Below, piece by piece: positions 28,113-39,505 of a DNA stretch of 64,000 nucleotides (its first letter is position 1; the number at the start of each line of letters is the position of its first letter). The position numbers were made by a program, and so were the translations under genes. The stretch is from Dimorphilus gyrociliatus (Eukaryota; Animalia; Annelida): the NCBI GenBank assembly GCA_904063045.1, contig CAJFCJ010000008.1:1302001-1366000 (forward strand). The letters run 5' to 3'. A model generated the notes under the pieces. The model was given only the letters and a program-made list of their open reading frames with translations, was not told where the DNA came from and did not search any database.

Positions 28113-29159
28113 ATGGCTACTGTTCCACCAACCGGTGGAATTTTAGAAGCAGTGTTTGAAGAATATTACACAAAAATAGCACGACCTTCTACCGAAAAAA
28201 TTTGTGAATTAACAAACGAAGTTTATGCATTACTTGAAAAATTAATACCAAAATTAAAGGTTTTGTTGGCAAAAGTTGGAGCTAAGTTTTTGAAAGTTGA
28301 ATATTGCGGAAGTGTTTTTAATGGAACTTGTACAAGTGACTGTCCAATTGCTGATGTACTTATAGTTCTTGATAAAAAAGAGACTAAAATCAAATCAAAA
28401 GAACCTGGTTTTAAATGGTTGCTGGCAGAACGATTTAAAACGGATGGACCAAAAAAAGACGGTTATAGATGGGCCAGATGTTCAGACGGTATTCACTTAT
28501 CAAGTCAAATGCTCTTAGACAACTTGTACCGTTGTACAAAAACATCTCTTATGACATCTCCAGACATAACTGTTTCGAAAAATACGAACGAAAATGTCGT
28601 AGAAGTGAGAAAAGACAAAAAAATAATATACTTTACCCCAGCTTTGAATTTAGATGGAAACTCTTTTGCCGTAAGCAGATTTTACGCTAATGATTCCTAT
28701 CAAACTAATGAACTTTACTGGAGACTTCATCATGATAAAAAGACTACGTCCCTATTGTCGATCTGTGATAAGGCAGACGAAGGAGTTCGACGAAAATCAC
28801 TAATTATATTAAAGTCATTTTTTAGACGAGAACCAAGTTTAAGTTACTTAAAGAATCATCATATTCTACACGCAACTTTGCACAGTCTCGACTTAGAAGT
28901 TGATCATATTCAAAGATGGCAAAAATGGCGATTGGATGGAACTGTCTTAAGAATATTAGAAGAAATTAAGTTGAATTTAAAAAACAATTTTATGGCGGAT
29001 TTTTTTATACCAGGTAGAAACTTATTCTATGGCATTGAGAAGAGTTGTATAGCTAATATGCTAAGTAGACTGACTTTCATTCTAGATCATCATTGTTATT
29101 TCGCCAGATTATTACATAAACAATGGCGAGATATAGCATTTGAAGAAGATACAGGCTGA
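28113..29159 (+). CDS. Intronless Mab-21/cGAS-like nucleotidyltransferase-fold protein, 348 aa
   Basis: NTase-like GS motif and following strand (EYCGSVFNG..ADVLIVL), a TPAL strand, and a Mab-21-type C-terminal helical domain (RRKSLIILKSFF..LSYLK..W..LDGTVLRILEEI..L..FFIPGRNLF). Confidence 0.8.
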   Translation: MATVPPTGGILEAVFEEYYTKIARPSTEKICELTNEVYALLEKLIPKLKVLLAKVGAKFLKVEYCGSVFNGTCTSDCPIADVLIVLDKKETKIKSKEPGFKWLLAERFKTDGPKKDGYRWARCSDGIHLSSQMLLDNLYRCTKTSLMTSPDITVSKNTNENVVEVRKDKKIIYFTPALNLDGNSFAVSRFYANDSYQTNELYWRLHHDKKTTSLLSICDKADEGVRRKSLIILKSFFRREPSLSYLKNHHILHATLHSLDLEVDHIQRWQKWRLDGTVLRILEEIKLNLKNNFMADFFIPGRNLFYGIEKSCIANMLSRLTFILDHHCYFARLLHKQWRDIAFEEDTG

Positions 29160-30835
29160 CAATATTATAGTCATGACGATTGTTTTTTTTTGCTTTTTCT
29201 TTTCTATTATTCTAATTTTATCAAAAGCAAATTATTGCTATACTTTACTGGCTGAAATAACTAATAATGATAGTTTTTCAAAAACTTATTAAGCTTTTGT
29301 CAACTTTTGCCTATTCTATTCTTAAATTCGAGTTGTATTTTACTTGTTTGTATATTACCTTCTTTCATAAAATCTTATGTGTCTACTGTATAAACGTCTA
29401 CATACGGGAAAATAAACTATATATACAGATAAACATGCAGCGAACAAAAGCCAAGTAAAAAATTCACATAATATGAATTGTTTCTTATATCTTATGTTCA
29501 TATACAGTATATATATATATACATCGGATATATATAATTTAATTAATATGTTTTCTATTACGAGGAGAAGATTACAACATAATATATTTCGAATGAATAT
29601 ATCTTATTCTGAAGATAAACGCTTTCATTAGCTGGCTTTTAGGGGTGTTGTTTTAAACACGTATCTTGACAACGAATAAATGACATTTTCTATACAGTAT
29701 AAGCTTTACATTAGTCTAGTTATTATGGCATTATACAACATGCTTCGCAACAATGTCGTAAGAGAGCTGCAGTTGTATTGAAATAGGTTTTAAGGTACAA
29801 TTGATATCGTTTTTTTTAAGTTGCCCCAAGAAAAGTTCGTTTCTTGCATATTAATTCTTTGAATTTGTATAGATGTTTAATTTTACGTCTAATACGATTA
29901 TATCACTAGCTATTGCTTCTTATAAGCATCTTCATACTCCAATTACTCTTGATTTGCTTCCCCTTCCCCTCTTTTCTGCCCTTTGTCACATTTGAATAGA
30001 CAAATGCTAGTGACAAAAAAATTGAATGTCAACAAACTATCTGCATAGAGATAATTGAAGACAAGGGAAAAGGTTGAGAAAGACGGAATTTTAGTATCTT
30101 TTGATATTATCCTACAATTTTTTTATTGCTTGTCGTTTCTTTTCCTTCCTATTGCTACATTTCCACAGCAAAGAAGCCATAAGCTGCATACAGTATTTAT
30201 GGTATGTATACAACATAAGGTAAGATTAGCTCCTCGTCACAAAATGTTGCAAAAACAGCAGCGTTTTAATGTTCCATTAAGTATTACTAAAGTATCATGA
30301 AATTATAGCGAAATTTCTAATAATCAAAACTAAAAATATCCTTAGCTTCTTCCTACGTCTACTGACAATTTATGGGATATAAATGAACTTTCTTTATTAG
30401 TATACACGAGGGGTGGTAGATCTTTTGTAATAAGAAAATGTTTCAGATTACAAAGATGAACTATTCGTTCTAAATAAAAGGCCCTCCACTAAATTTTTCT
30501 TTCTTATTGTCGAAATTGTTTGTATTTATAGCCCTTATACTTCATTAAATCACCAGCGTCTATTAATAATATCTTATATTTCAAAAGATATAAATTTTTA
30601 TCTATGCAATTTTCAAAGAAAATTCAATTTTTTATATAATATACTCCCAGTGGAACAGAGTTGCTGTATATAATATTTAATAAACAATTTATATATTTCA
30701 TTAATTAACTTTTCATGTAAACGTGTTTCGGCGTCTTGAATAATCATCTAAAGTTCAATATATATTTTATTAAAATAATTCATTATGTTTTAACAAATAG
30801 ATCTCATTACATTTATTCTTTCTTAATATATTCAA

Positions 30836-33800
30836 TTATTCAATTTTATAAAAAAAATAATATAAGAAAAAATACATAGGAATAACCTTTTTTTCCATTG
30901 TAAAGTGATTACCGCCGCTTTTATCATGACATATATTTGCTATGGTATTTGATTTATCATTGCAAAAATCTTCTTCGCAAAAACAATGTTCCTCTTTACC
31001 ACCAGCCAAATAGTTATCTGAACAAGATGTCTGGTGATCCTGCCAAGTCCTATTTACCAGGCCTTTTCCTTGGCACGTTCTTTGAACCTCGTAAACTTGA
31101 TCTGAGAGTTTAAGATGGCTTTGTTTATTACTAATTTATTATGCAAATAAAAAGGGAAATAGTAACAAATGCAAATTATTTTTTTTACCTCCTCTCCAGA
31201 TTGTTTGCATATAACAAGCACTACAGTTTGATACTACTGAGGAATCCCCTATGATATGAGGAACACTAAAGTTATTCCCATGCCTACATCTTTGATCAAT
31301 AAGAGTAGAATTCATATTGATACGCCAAAGACATTGGAAGCAATTGATAAGAATCTTTTTCTCCGTTCTCTTTACAGCTACAGCTAAGAGAGTAAAAATA
31401 AAATAATGTTTATTTCTATTACAAAGTTTTTCTATTAACAAACAATTACTATTTCTTAGAATTTTATCTCCTTCTGGTTTTAAATCGCACACATTAGGAA
31501 TGATGCTGTTATTACTATTACATAAATTTCCTTTACAAGAACAGAATTCATTTTCTCCCCCGTACAACAGTTCTTTTGTACAAAGTTCTTGCTCATATTG
31601 CCACGGATCTTGTCTATTATATGTGAGACATAACCTAAAGATTTCATATGGTATATCTAAAAAAAACATAATATAAATTGAATAAAATTGCTCTCTTTTC
31701 AATCTTTAGCATATCTTCAGCAATATTAGCAACTTACTGCCCTTCCAAGTAACAATTAATTTACATTCATTGCAACCATTAAGCACATATAACGGAGAAT
31801 CTGAAGGAATCGTGAAATTCTCTCCCCAACCGCATCCTCTATTTGTGTTACTATCCCATGAAGCATAGAGGCATTGAAAGCATGCGAATTTCGGCTAATC
31901 GAAAAGAGGAAAAGGTATAGAATTCAATTTGAGGTCTAGATAGCTTATAATTACTTCATCATTATTGAAAGCACCCGGTAAACTACTACTAATTGTATTA
32001 ATAATAGTTGTAGCAGAACTCGTAGTACTCGTTTGTAATAGCGTATTTTTTCCGTCAGTTTCTCGTACTTGGTCACAAACGTCCGGAATATCATCCGCTC
32101 TCGAATTGCAATAATTATTCTCACAGAAGCAATCAATTATTTCACCCCTCTTTAAACTAGTTCTATAACAGCTATTCAATCTCTTCCTCCACTTATCTTT
32201 AATGTTTATCTCCTTAATACACCCTCTTTCAATGCTTACAAGTTCATCTGGTGAATACAAGTTATCTTATGGTGATATAAATGTTATTTATCACCTTACT
32301 CTCTGTCCATATACTTTTCAATTGGCATTGTTCGCAATTATATTCAAGTTTATTGACAATATCACGTTTCAAATATGAAAAATTCATTTCAATATCACAT
32401 TGACTGCTATGTAAAGATCTTCCACTTGACTTCTCCCACGAACATCGATAGCAAGTTACAGCTTTAGACGGAGGATTTCCTCGTAGGTCATCTGTTTGTT
32501 AGATAAAATAGAAATATGTTTAGTTTAATAAGATAAATAAATATATTTTTGTATAATAAATGTATTTGTATTTATTATTTCTCTACCTAATGAAAGAATG
32601 GAACTAGCTGTCAACCTTTTCTTTATTGTTTTATCACAAATATTAGTAGCATTGTTTTTTATGTTACAAAAGTCGGTATTACAGTAACAGTGTTCCATTT
32701 CACCATCTACTAATGGTACCTTTAAACATTCACTCTTGGGAGTTTTCCATTCATCTCTTTCCTGTCCAGCAGAAGAATACACACAAAAGCGATTTACTTC
32801 GTAAAATTTATCTAAAAGAAAAATATGTTGAAACAAAATAATGCATAACTTGCAATAAGAAAAATATTACTGCTTTTCTTCGTCACAGTCAGGCCGCAAG
32901 CTAAACAATTTTCTATTACCCGATAATCGCTTGGATTGTAAGGTATTGCAAATTCTGAATCCAATCTACAGTCTCTATCGCCAAAGGGATCTTCAGTACG
33001 ATAAAAACACTCAAAGCACGTATATCTATCCTTAGAATGGGACATGTCAGAAAAATTAAACAAGCTATGCTGTATAATATTTACAGTAAAGCAAATGTAC
33101 TTGTATTATTCACGTAACACGTTTTAAAAAAAAGGATATAATTTACAATTCTTAAATTATAATAAAAGATTAATAATTTACAGAGTGATAGCTTGTCTTT
33201 AGGAAATATTTTCCAATACAATCCAAGCTATTCTACTACTCTTATAAAATTCCCCTAAGCAAAATTTTTTACAATTTCCCTAGGATTTTCTGTAATCAAA
33301 AGACATTTCACATTTACAAATTATTTGATTATTAACATCTAAGAGTAAAAAAAAGAATAAAAAAGGATCCTTTTCATTCGTTATATGAACATTTAAAAAT
33401 GTTACTCCCTTAACCCTATTTCCTTATTGCAATTACTCTTTAGGCCGTATATTTCAATCTGCTCCTATCGATTTTCCTATTCAAATAATGTCCAAATTCT
33501 AAAATACTACGCATAGCTGAATTACAAATTTGTAAAAGTTCTAGTCCTTATGTGATATAATAGTTATTGACGCTTTCACTTTCGTTTTCTTTTATTAAAA
33601 TCACTTAATATCTAAAACCCTATTATTAATGAAATTGCTCAAATGATTTAATTAACTTAATTCCAAATTTTCTATATAAAATCTTTATCTAACAGGCTCC
33701 CACGCAAAACCATGTCATCTCTCTTTAGCCTGTCACTACCATATAACGAACACTTTTGTTACACAATCACCTAGTGGATTTTCCAAGTTCGTACTTTTCT

Positions 33801-34323
33801 TTTATAATTATATAAAGAATATAATATTTCATAACCAGGATCTTTATTTATTTCTAGATTATATTTTGCTAAGGCTACTTAACGAAACTGATAAAAACTA
33901 AGTTATGTACTCTTTTTCATGGTAATTACCTAACCGCACATGAAGAACCCATCAAAAACTCGTCCATCAGTTAGATCTTGGGGAATTGCGAAATTTTTAT
34001 CCCACCCACATTGTTTATCAGATGCTTGGTACCAAAGTGTATTTCGACAAATGAAAAATATATATTCTCTTTTTTATAAACAATAGTTGATTTGTTTTTC
34101 CATTTTCTATTATTATTATTAAACAAACTAAGAAAAAGCTATTATATAAGCATATACCTCGCTTCTTTCAGTTACATCTCTTTTGTATAATACGGTAGCC
34201 TGTGCTGAGCTGATTGTACCTGATAAAAAAAACCTTTCCTTTATATCTTTTAACAAATTACATTAATTACTAAATAATACTTGGAAAATATAGCAAAAAG
34301 AGTAAAGTTTTGAGAAAAGTCAT
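30836..34323 (-). CDS. Signal-peptide-bearing, probably GPI-anchored protein with four tandem Ly6/uPAR (three-finger, quiver/sleepless-like) domains, about 612 aa; exons 34281-34323, 34158-34219, 32871-33069, 32587-32811, 32300-32491, 31955-32247, 31738-31894, 31450-31656, 31189-31383, 30836-31101
   Basis: Ten GT-AG exons give one open frame of 1839 nt. N-terminus MTFLKTLLFLLYFPSTISSAQA. Four repeats of CxxC..C..CxxC..C..C..CxCx4CN..C, each split by a phase-1 intron. Hydrophobic C-terminal tail VIPMYFFLYYFFYKIE*. Confidence 0.82.
33911..34060 (-). pseudogene. Degenerate fifth Ly6-domain first-half exon inside intron 2 of the 4x Ly6 gene
   Basis: Translates as CRNTLWYQASDKQCGWDKNFAIPQDLTDGRVFDGFFMCG*VITMKK and aligns by eye with the intact copies (..RGCGWGENFTIPSD..GCNECKLIVTWK; ..CLACGLTVTKK). 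It has an in-frame TAG at 33932-33930, has lost two Cys, and retains a phase-1 GT donor at the homologous position. Confidence 0.6.
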
Positions 34324-35280
34324 TGTTAACTAGTCAAACAGTACGTGATGTCGATATAAAAGCTAAATTTCATATGACACTCGTCTATTCCTGTATCCTT
34401 TATTTTATAACTATTTATCTGATAAAATCTGATGCTTCTAGATCATAAAATAATTGAAAAGTAGTAAATATTTCAATGTCAATACTCTCTATTTACCTGC
34501 TATCGCTACTGTCATTCATCGAAAACACGTTTTTTGTTTTGAAAAATTTTGTTATTTATTATTTAATTACCTCGCAATCAAGAATAGCAAATAAAGTAGA
34601 ACTAAAGCAAAATGAAATGCGTCCTTGATTTCCTTTTAGAGATGAAATGATTTTCAGTATTTGATTTTTGATACTTCGCACTTTGAAAAGAAATCCAGCA
34701 GATGGCACCTATAGACGCCTTGTAGCTTCTAATTTTACGTGATATTAAAAGAACCTTCTCCACCTGCGTTCTAAGCTATTTAAAATGTTACATAAGATAT
34801 TTAAACCTTTCCAAGAGGAGTAATTTTTCACTGTTCGAAAAAAGACAATGTGAAAGAAAAACAAATAAAATACCAGTTATCTGACTAATTAACAAGTTAA
34901 TTATCAATTAAGTTCACTGACGAACACAATAACGTCAAAATATGATTCTAATGTTGAGTGCCAAGTGAAAATATCGGTTTGAATAGCATAGAAATAGAAC
35001 TAAGTGTATTTGCTATGTACTTAAGTTACTGATACACATAAATTTCTTTCCGTCTCATCAAAAGATATTTTAAGCATTTCATTAGATATATTTATCTTTT
35101 GCATTACATAATCTTGTTTGCAGACACAAAGACTATTACATGCTAATCTTAGATTTTCTGCTATTTCTGTAATATTTAGGACTTAAGAAAAAAATTAAGC
35201 TATACTAGTAATTTTTGGCCTAGAAGTTGATTAATTGGACTTGTTAGGCATTAATATTATTCACTATTAATACTCCAATT

Positions 35281-36121
35281 ATGAGAAAATATCATTCCGA
35301 CAAGTATACACTCTACATATTTTATGTTCTTTTAACAATAACTGACTGTCTCTACTCTGGAAAGATTTCGTCTTCACTTAAGTAAATTACATTTATACTT
35401 TCCCTAGTAGTTCATCTAAAACTTATGTATAGTATATTAGCTGAGACGGAAAAAACTTAGGATAAAGTCCAAAACTTAAGTTGATTAATATTATTATAGC
35501 ATCACCAGTTACGATAATACAAGACATAGTTGGAAGGGAAACTCTGTAAAAGAAACAAAATCTTCAAGTAAGCTTTTTGTTTTTTAATTAAATTAAAACA
35601 AAAATTCCGATAGAAAAAACAGCACTAGCCAGAGGATAAAAATAGAAAATTAATCATTTTTATTATGTGAAATTTAGAGGCTGCCGGTATGATTCTTATG
35701 ATTGTTTTTAGTTTGATAATTTTGTCTGCTGCCGTCATATTATCCGTTATATGTAGTTTTGCTAAGAAAAAAGAGTAAGTATCCTTCTTTTATCTCTGAT
35801 TTTTAAATTATTTTGGTATGTTTTTAACAAACAAACGAATGTGTAACTACTTAGTTATAAATCTTCTCCAGAAAGCCTCATGGAAAGCCTTCGTCGACTT
35901 TAGTAATCAGTAATGAATCTAAAATAAACGCAATTAAGATGGAAAATGGTCGAATACCCGTTCAGGCTGCAAACAGCATAGATACTGAGGGATATGATTC
36001 GGATTACAGCAAAATTCAAGTAATGGAAACGGGACAATTTACTTTAGAAAGGACAGCGTCAGAGAGATGGAAAAGTGAACTATTGTTAGTTGAGAATGAT
36101 TTATATACAGGTGGTAAATAA
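35281..36121 (+). CDS. Small orphan type I single-pass membrane protein, about 171 aa; exons 35281-35381, 35500-35567, 35678-35774, 35872-36121
   Basis: Four GT-AG exons in matching phases (2,1,2; 516 nt). Signal-like N-terminus (YTLYIFYVLLTITDCLYS), short Ser/Thr-rich ectodomain with an NIT sequon, TM helix MILMIVFSLIILSAAVILSVICSF followed by a KKK stop-transfer, and a cytoplasmic tail. No family recognised. Confidence 0.72.
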
Positions 36122-36651
36122 GAAGAAAAACATTCTTATATTAATTAATATTTTAAGACATGTTTATAGTAATTTGTAAAGACTATTTGTTTAAGTGCAA
36201 TTAGCATTGCATTCTCTAGTAAACTAAAAAATAATACACTTTTATTTACACAAACAGAAACCATAAAAAATTAGCAAAATATTCAACTAGCCATATGGTC
36301 TTTTCTTAATAAGGTTAATTATACAAGACTTCAAATTTTTCCCATACGCTTGCCCTTTTGCTGAGAAGAAAAATAGCTAGAAAAAAGGAGAGAGAGAGAG
36401 GGCGCTACAAATTTTATTTAGAGTAGGAGACATAGAGAGCGAGAGAGGGAGAGACAGATAGGAAGATAGAGGTTTTTGCTGTCAGCGACCCCTATATTTT
36501 ACGGCAGAAACTTCTCAAATAAATTTCTTCATTCGGTTCGCTGCAAATGCTGCAAGATTGTTGTGCAAACCTGTAGAGTTTAGAATGATTTCAACATTCG
36601 ACGGAAAGAAATCATTTGAAATATTATCTACTTTTCAAAGTACAACACTCA

Positions 36652-39505
36652 ATGCTAGTAGAAAATTGGATTGATAAAACTCGATGCATGAAATTCGCAA
36701 CTTTCAAATTACTGCTATTCTCCACCGCCTTCCTCTTCTTTTATACTATAAACAAATTTACGGAAAGGGGTAAGTAAAATTGACGCGAAGCGTTACTTAG
36801 GGTAATCATATTAACGGTCAATTCGTTTTTATTTTCTTTCTCTATTTCTTGTTAAAGAGTCTAGAACAGAGAGAAAATACATCTATTTTTCTTTCTTGAA
36901 TAAGCGCAGTAGAATCGCGATACAGAAGTAAAAGGCAGAATGGGAGGAAAGATATAGAGAGATAGAGATAGAAAGAGAAAAAAAGAGAGAAGAGACAGAG
37001 ACAGGCAGAGCGAGAGAGGCAGAGAGAGAGAGACAAAGTCAGAGAGAGAGACAAAATCAGAGAGAGAGAGACAAAGTCAGAGAGAGAGACAAAGTCAGAG
37101 AGAGAGACGGATATACACAGACGGACAGAGAGATAGAGAGGGACAGAGTCAGGGACAGGGAGAGAAATATAAAAGTGACAACGACAGAGCAAAAGTTACT
37201 AAGAGTAAAAGTATGCAAGAAGAGAGAATAAAAATTTTCTGGGATCAAAGGAAAACAGGAAAATCCATAAAATAATAGAAACAGAAGTATATCGAAAAAA
37301 AGTAGAGTTATGAAAAATATTATAAAAATGAAAGGTCCGACGGTCGTACGTGACAATATCAAACAAGTGAAGCATCAAGTCGGCCATTGCTGTCAGTTTT
37401 TGACTAACTAAAAAATGCCTTTACGGAAAGATTAGATTAATGTAGGCCTATACTGTTGGTTTGCATATACAAAACAGCAACAAAATAACAGTCATGAAAA
37501 CTATTAGACCCTCTTTTTCTAATTTTCTCAAACTGTATAAAAAGAGTAATAAAAAATCGGAAAAAAGCAATAATCGCATTGATTTCTCTTTTCTTTAGTC
37601 GGTCAAAGAAATACCAAGGCGGCTATAATATTTTTCGGATTTAGGATAATAAGGAAGGGAGTCTATCGGTAAGAAAAATAGCAGAGTAAAACATATTCAA
37701 AAGAGCACATTAAGACGTTTATTGTCTGTGTGAGAGAAAGAGATTTATCTAAAAAGGTGTTAAATATGAATATTTTTAAACAGAATTACTATGCCATTTA
37801 ATCCAGTGTGAGAATTTTTAAAATCTCCTTCACTGTAAATGTGCGATCTAATTTATATAAAAATAGATTATATATATATATTAAAAAATGTCAATATTCA
37901 TTTGTAAATTGAAGAATTGTGGAAGTATATAGTTGAAGTGTTGGCTTTTTTATCTAAGAATATACTATGCATTGTATTGATCAAAATAATACAGAAAAAA
38001 ATAGTAAACATTAATACCTTTATTAAATATTATTACAAGTTCTCATATTTTCTTCATATAAAAGATTTCAGAGTAACAGGTTAATTTAAGAAAATTGCAG
38101 TTTGTAAGCTTACATTCTTTCTTATCTTGACTGTCTAGAAAATGAGTTGAAAAGGTGTAAATTAACACTATGCAACGAAATTTTATCCTGTTTCCTAACT
38201 GATTTATTCATAGTCTTGTTGAATGAATATTGTAAATATTCAAATTATGTGCAAAGGGGAAAATTACCAACATTTCCTTTGTAAGAATGTTAAAATGCTA
38301 TGCACCCACAATCAATGACAAAGCTCTTTACATTTTACTATCAAAAGTTGAAATCATTTAAACAACAAAATTGCTTCCAAAGTAAGTACAGATAATCCAT
38401 GGCCTCAGGGTATTTAAAAAGAAGCGTCGGAAGGAAAAGACGCGTGACGCCTTTCCTACGAGGTCCCTAAACTATTCTAGACCATCTAAATATTAGTATT
38501 CATTATTTGTACGTATTTGCGGAAAAGTTACTTAATTGAATTTTTACGTACAGAGATCCTTTTAATTAAAGGTTGATTTTTTCTTCGGACCTAATTATAG
38601 ACACAAAAAAAGTAAAAGAAGCTTCTTGTACCAAAACTTATAGACTATAATTTCCCAAAACAGCGACGAAAAGCAGAGATAATTACGGTACCTCTGGGAC
38701 TCTTATCGCTTCGTCCAACCAAACCATTCGAAAGACATGCAGCCCTATTAATCCAGCGTCTATGAGTCACATTTATGCGGATGAAAGGTTTAAGATAATC
38801 TACTGTGCTAATCCGAAAGTAGCTTGCTCAACGTGGAAAGCAACTCTGTTATCTTTACACTTAAATGAAACTGACTTAAGTAATGTTGATGTTCATAATC
38901 CGTCCGTGTTGAAACGGTTTGGAATAATTTCGTTCAAATATCTAACTGAAGAGGACATTAATGAAAAGTTAAAGACTTATTTTAAATTCATGTTCAGTCG
39001 TCACCCCTTTGAACGTCTTGTATCAGCCTACATTGATAAATTTACAAAATACAATCGTTACACAATAACCTTTAGAAGACGATATGGACGTCGAATACAA
39101 AGAATGTATAGGAAAAAGAAGAGACCCTCTGGAAATGGAGTAACTTTCTCCGAATTTGTAAGATTTCTAACGGATACCGACGCGAAAGTATTTAGTTACA
39201 ATCCTCATTGGGCTTCTCAAGTTCATCTTTGCCAACCTTGCCTAGTTTCTTATGATTTCATAGGTGAATGGAGAAATTTTATTCAAGACTCGAAATTCGT
39301 CACAAAATTACTAGAGAAACTAGTTGGAAGAAATGTATCTTTGGTTGCACGTCACGTGTCAGAAAAACGCCTGAGTCCAACGAGCGCAAAAGATTACTAC
39401 AGAACTATAAAAAGGAAAATATTATCAAATTTGCAAAAACTTTATAAAAATGATTTACAAACATTTAATTATACAGCAGATGAATACTTTGCTAGGAAAA
39501 TCTAA
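36652..39505 (+). CDS. Golgi type II carbohydrate sulfotransferase (Sulfotransfer_2 family; CHST8/9/11-like), about 319 aa; exons 36652-36769 and 38664-39505
   Basis: 5'-PSB motif YCANPKVACSTWK, 3'-PB motif FSRHPFERLVSAY, TFSEFVRFL, HWASQVHLCQPC..YDFIG, LYKNDLQTFNY. Exon 1 encodes a TM anchor (FKLLLFSTAFLFFYTI) and ends at a G|GTAAGT phase-1 donor matching the acceptor at 38662-38663. Confidence 0.88.
36930..37170 (+). repeat. AG-rich compound microsatellite with about four copies of a (GA)n-CAAAGTCA unit, in intron 1 of the sulfotransferase
   Basis: Directly visible: agagagagagacaaagtc-type units repeated at 37021-37105 within a longer GA-rich tract. Confidence 0.85.

Noticed and set aside
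27662-29159. In-frame GPCR-Mab-21 fusion through the acceptor at 28079
   Set aside because: In the Mab-21 frame the sequence after the acceptor reads TTG CTA ATA AAC TCA TAA, a stop at 28095 before the ATG, so this route cannot give a fusion protein.
36842-37387. Minus-strand ORFs of 62-116 aa rich in S/L
   Set aside because: They are translations of the GA microsatellite and adjacent AT-rich DNA in the sulfotransferase intron.
38315-38381. Alternative first exon for the sulfotransferase (MTKLFTFYYQK.., GTAAGT donor)
   Set aside because: The phase fits but it encodes no TM anchor; 36652-36769 fits a type II Golgi enzyme better. It is not excluded as a minor isoform.
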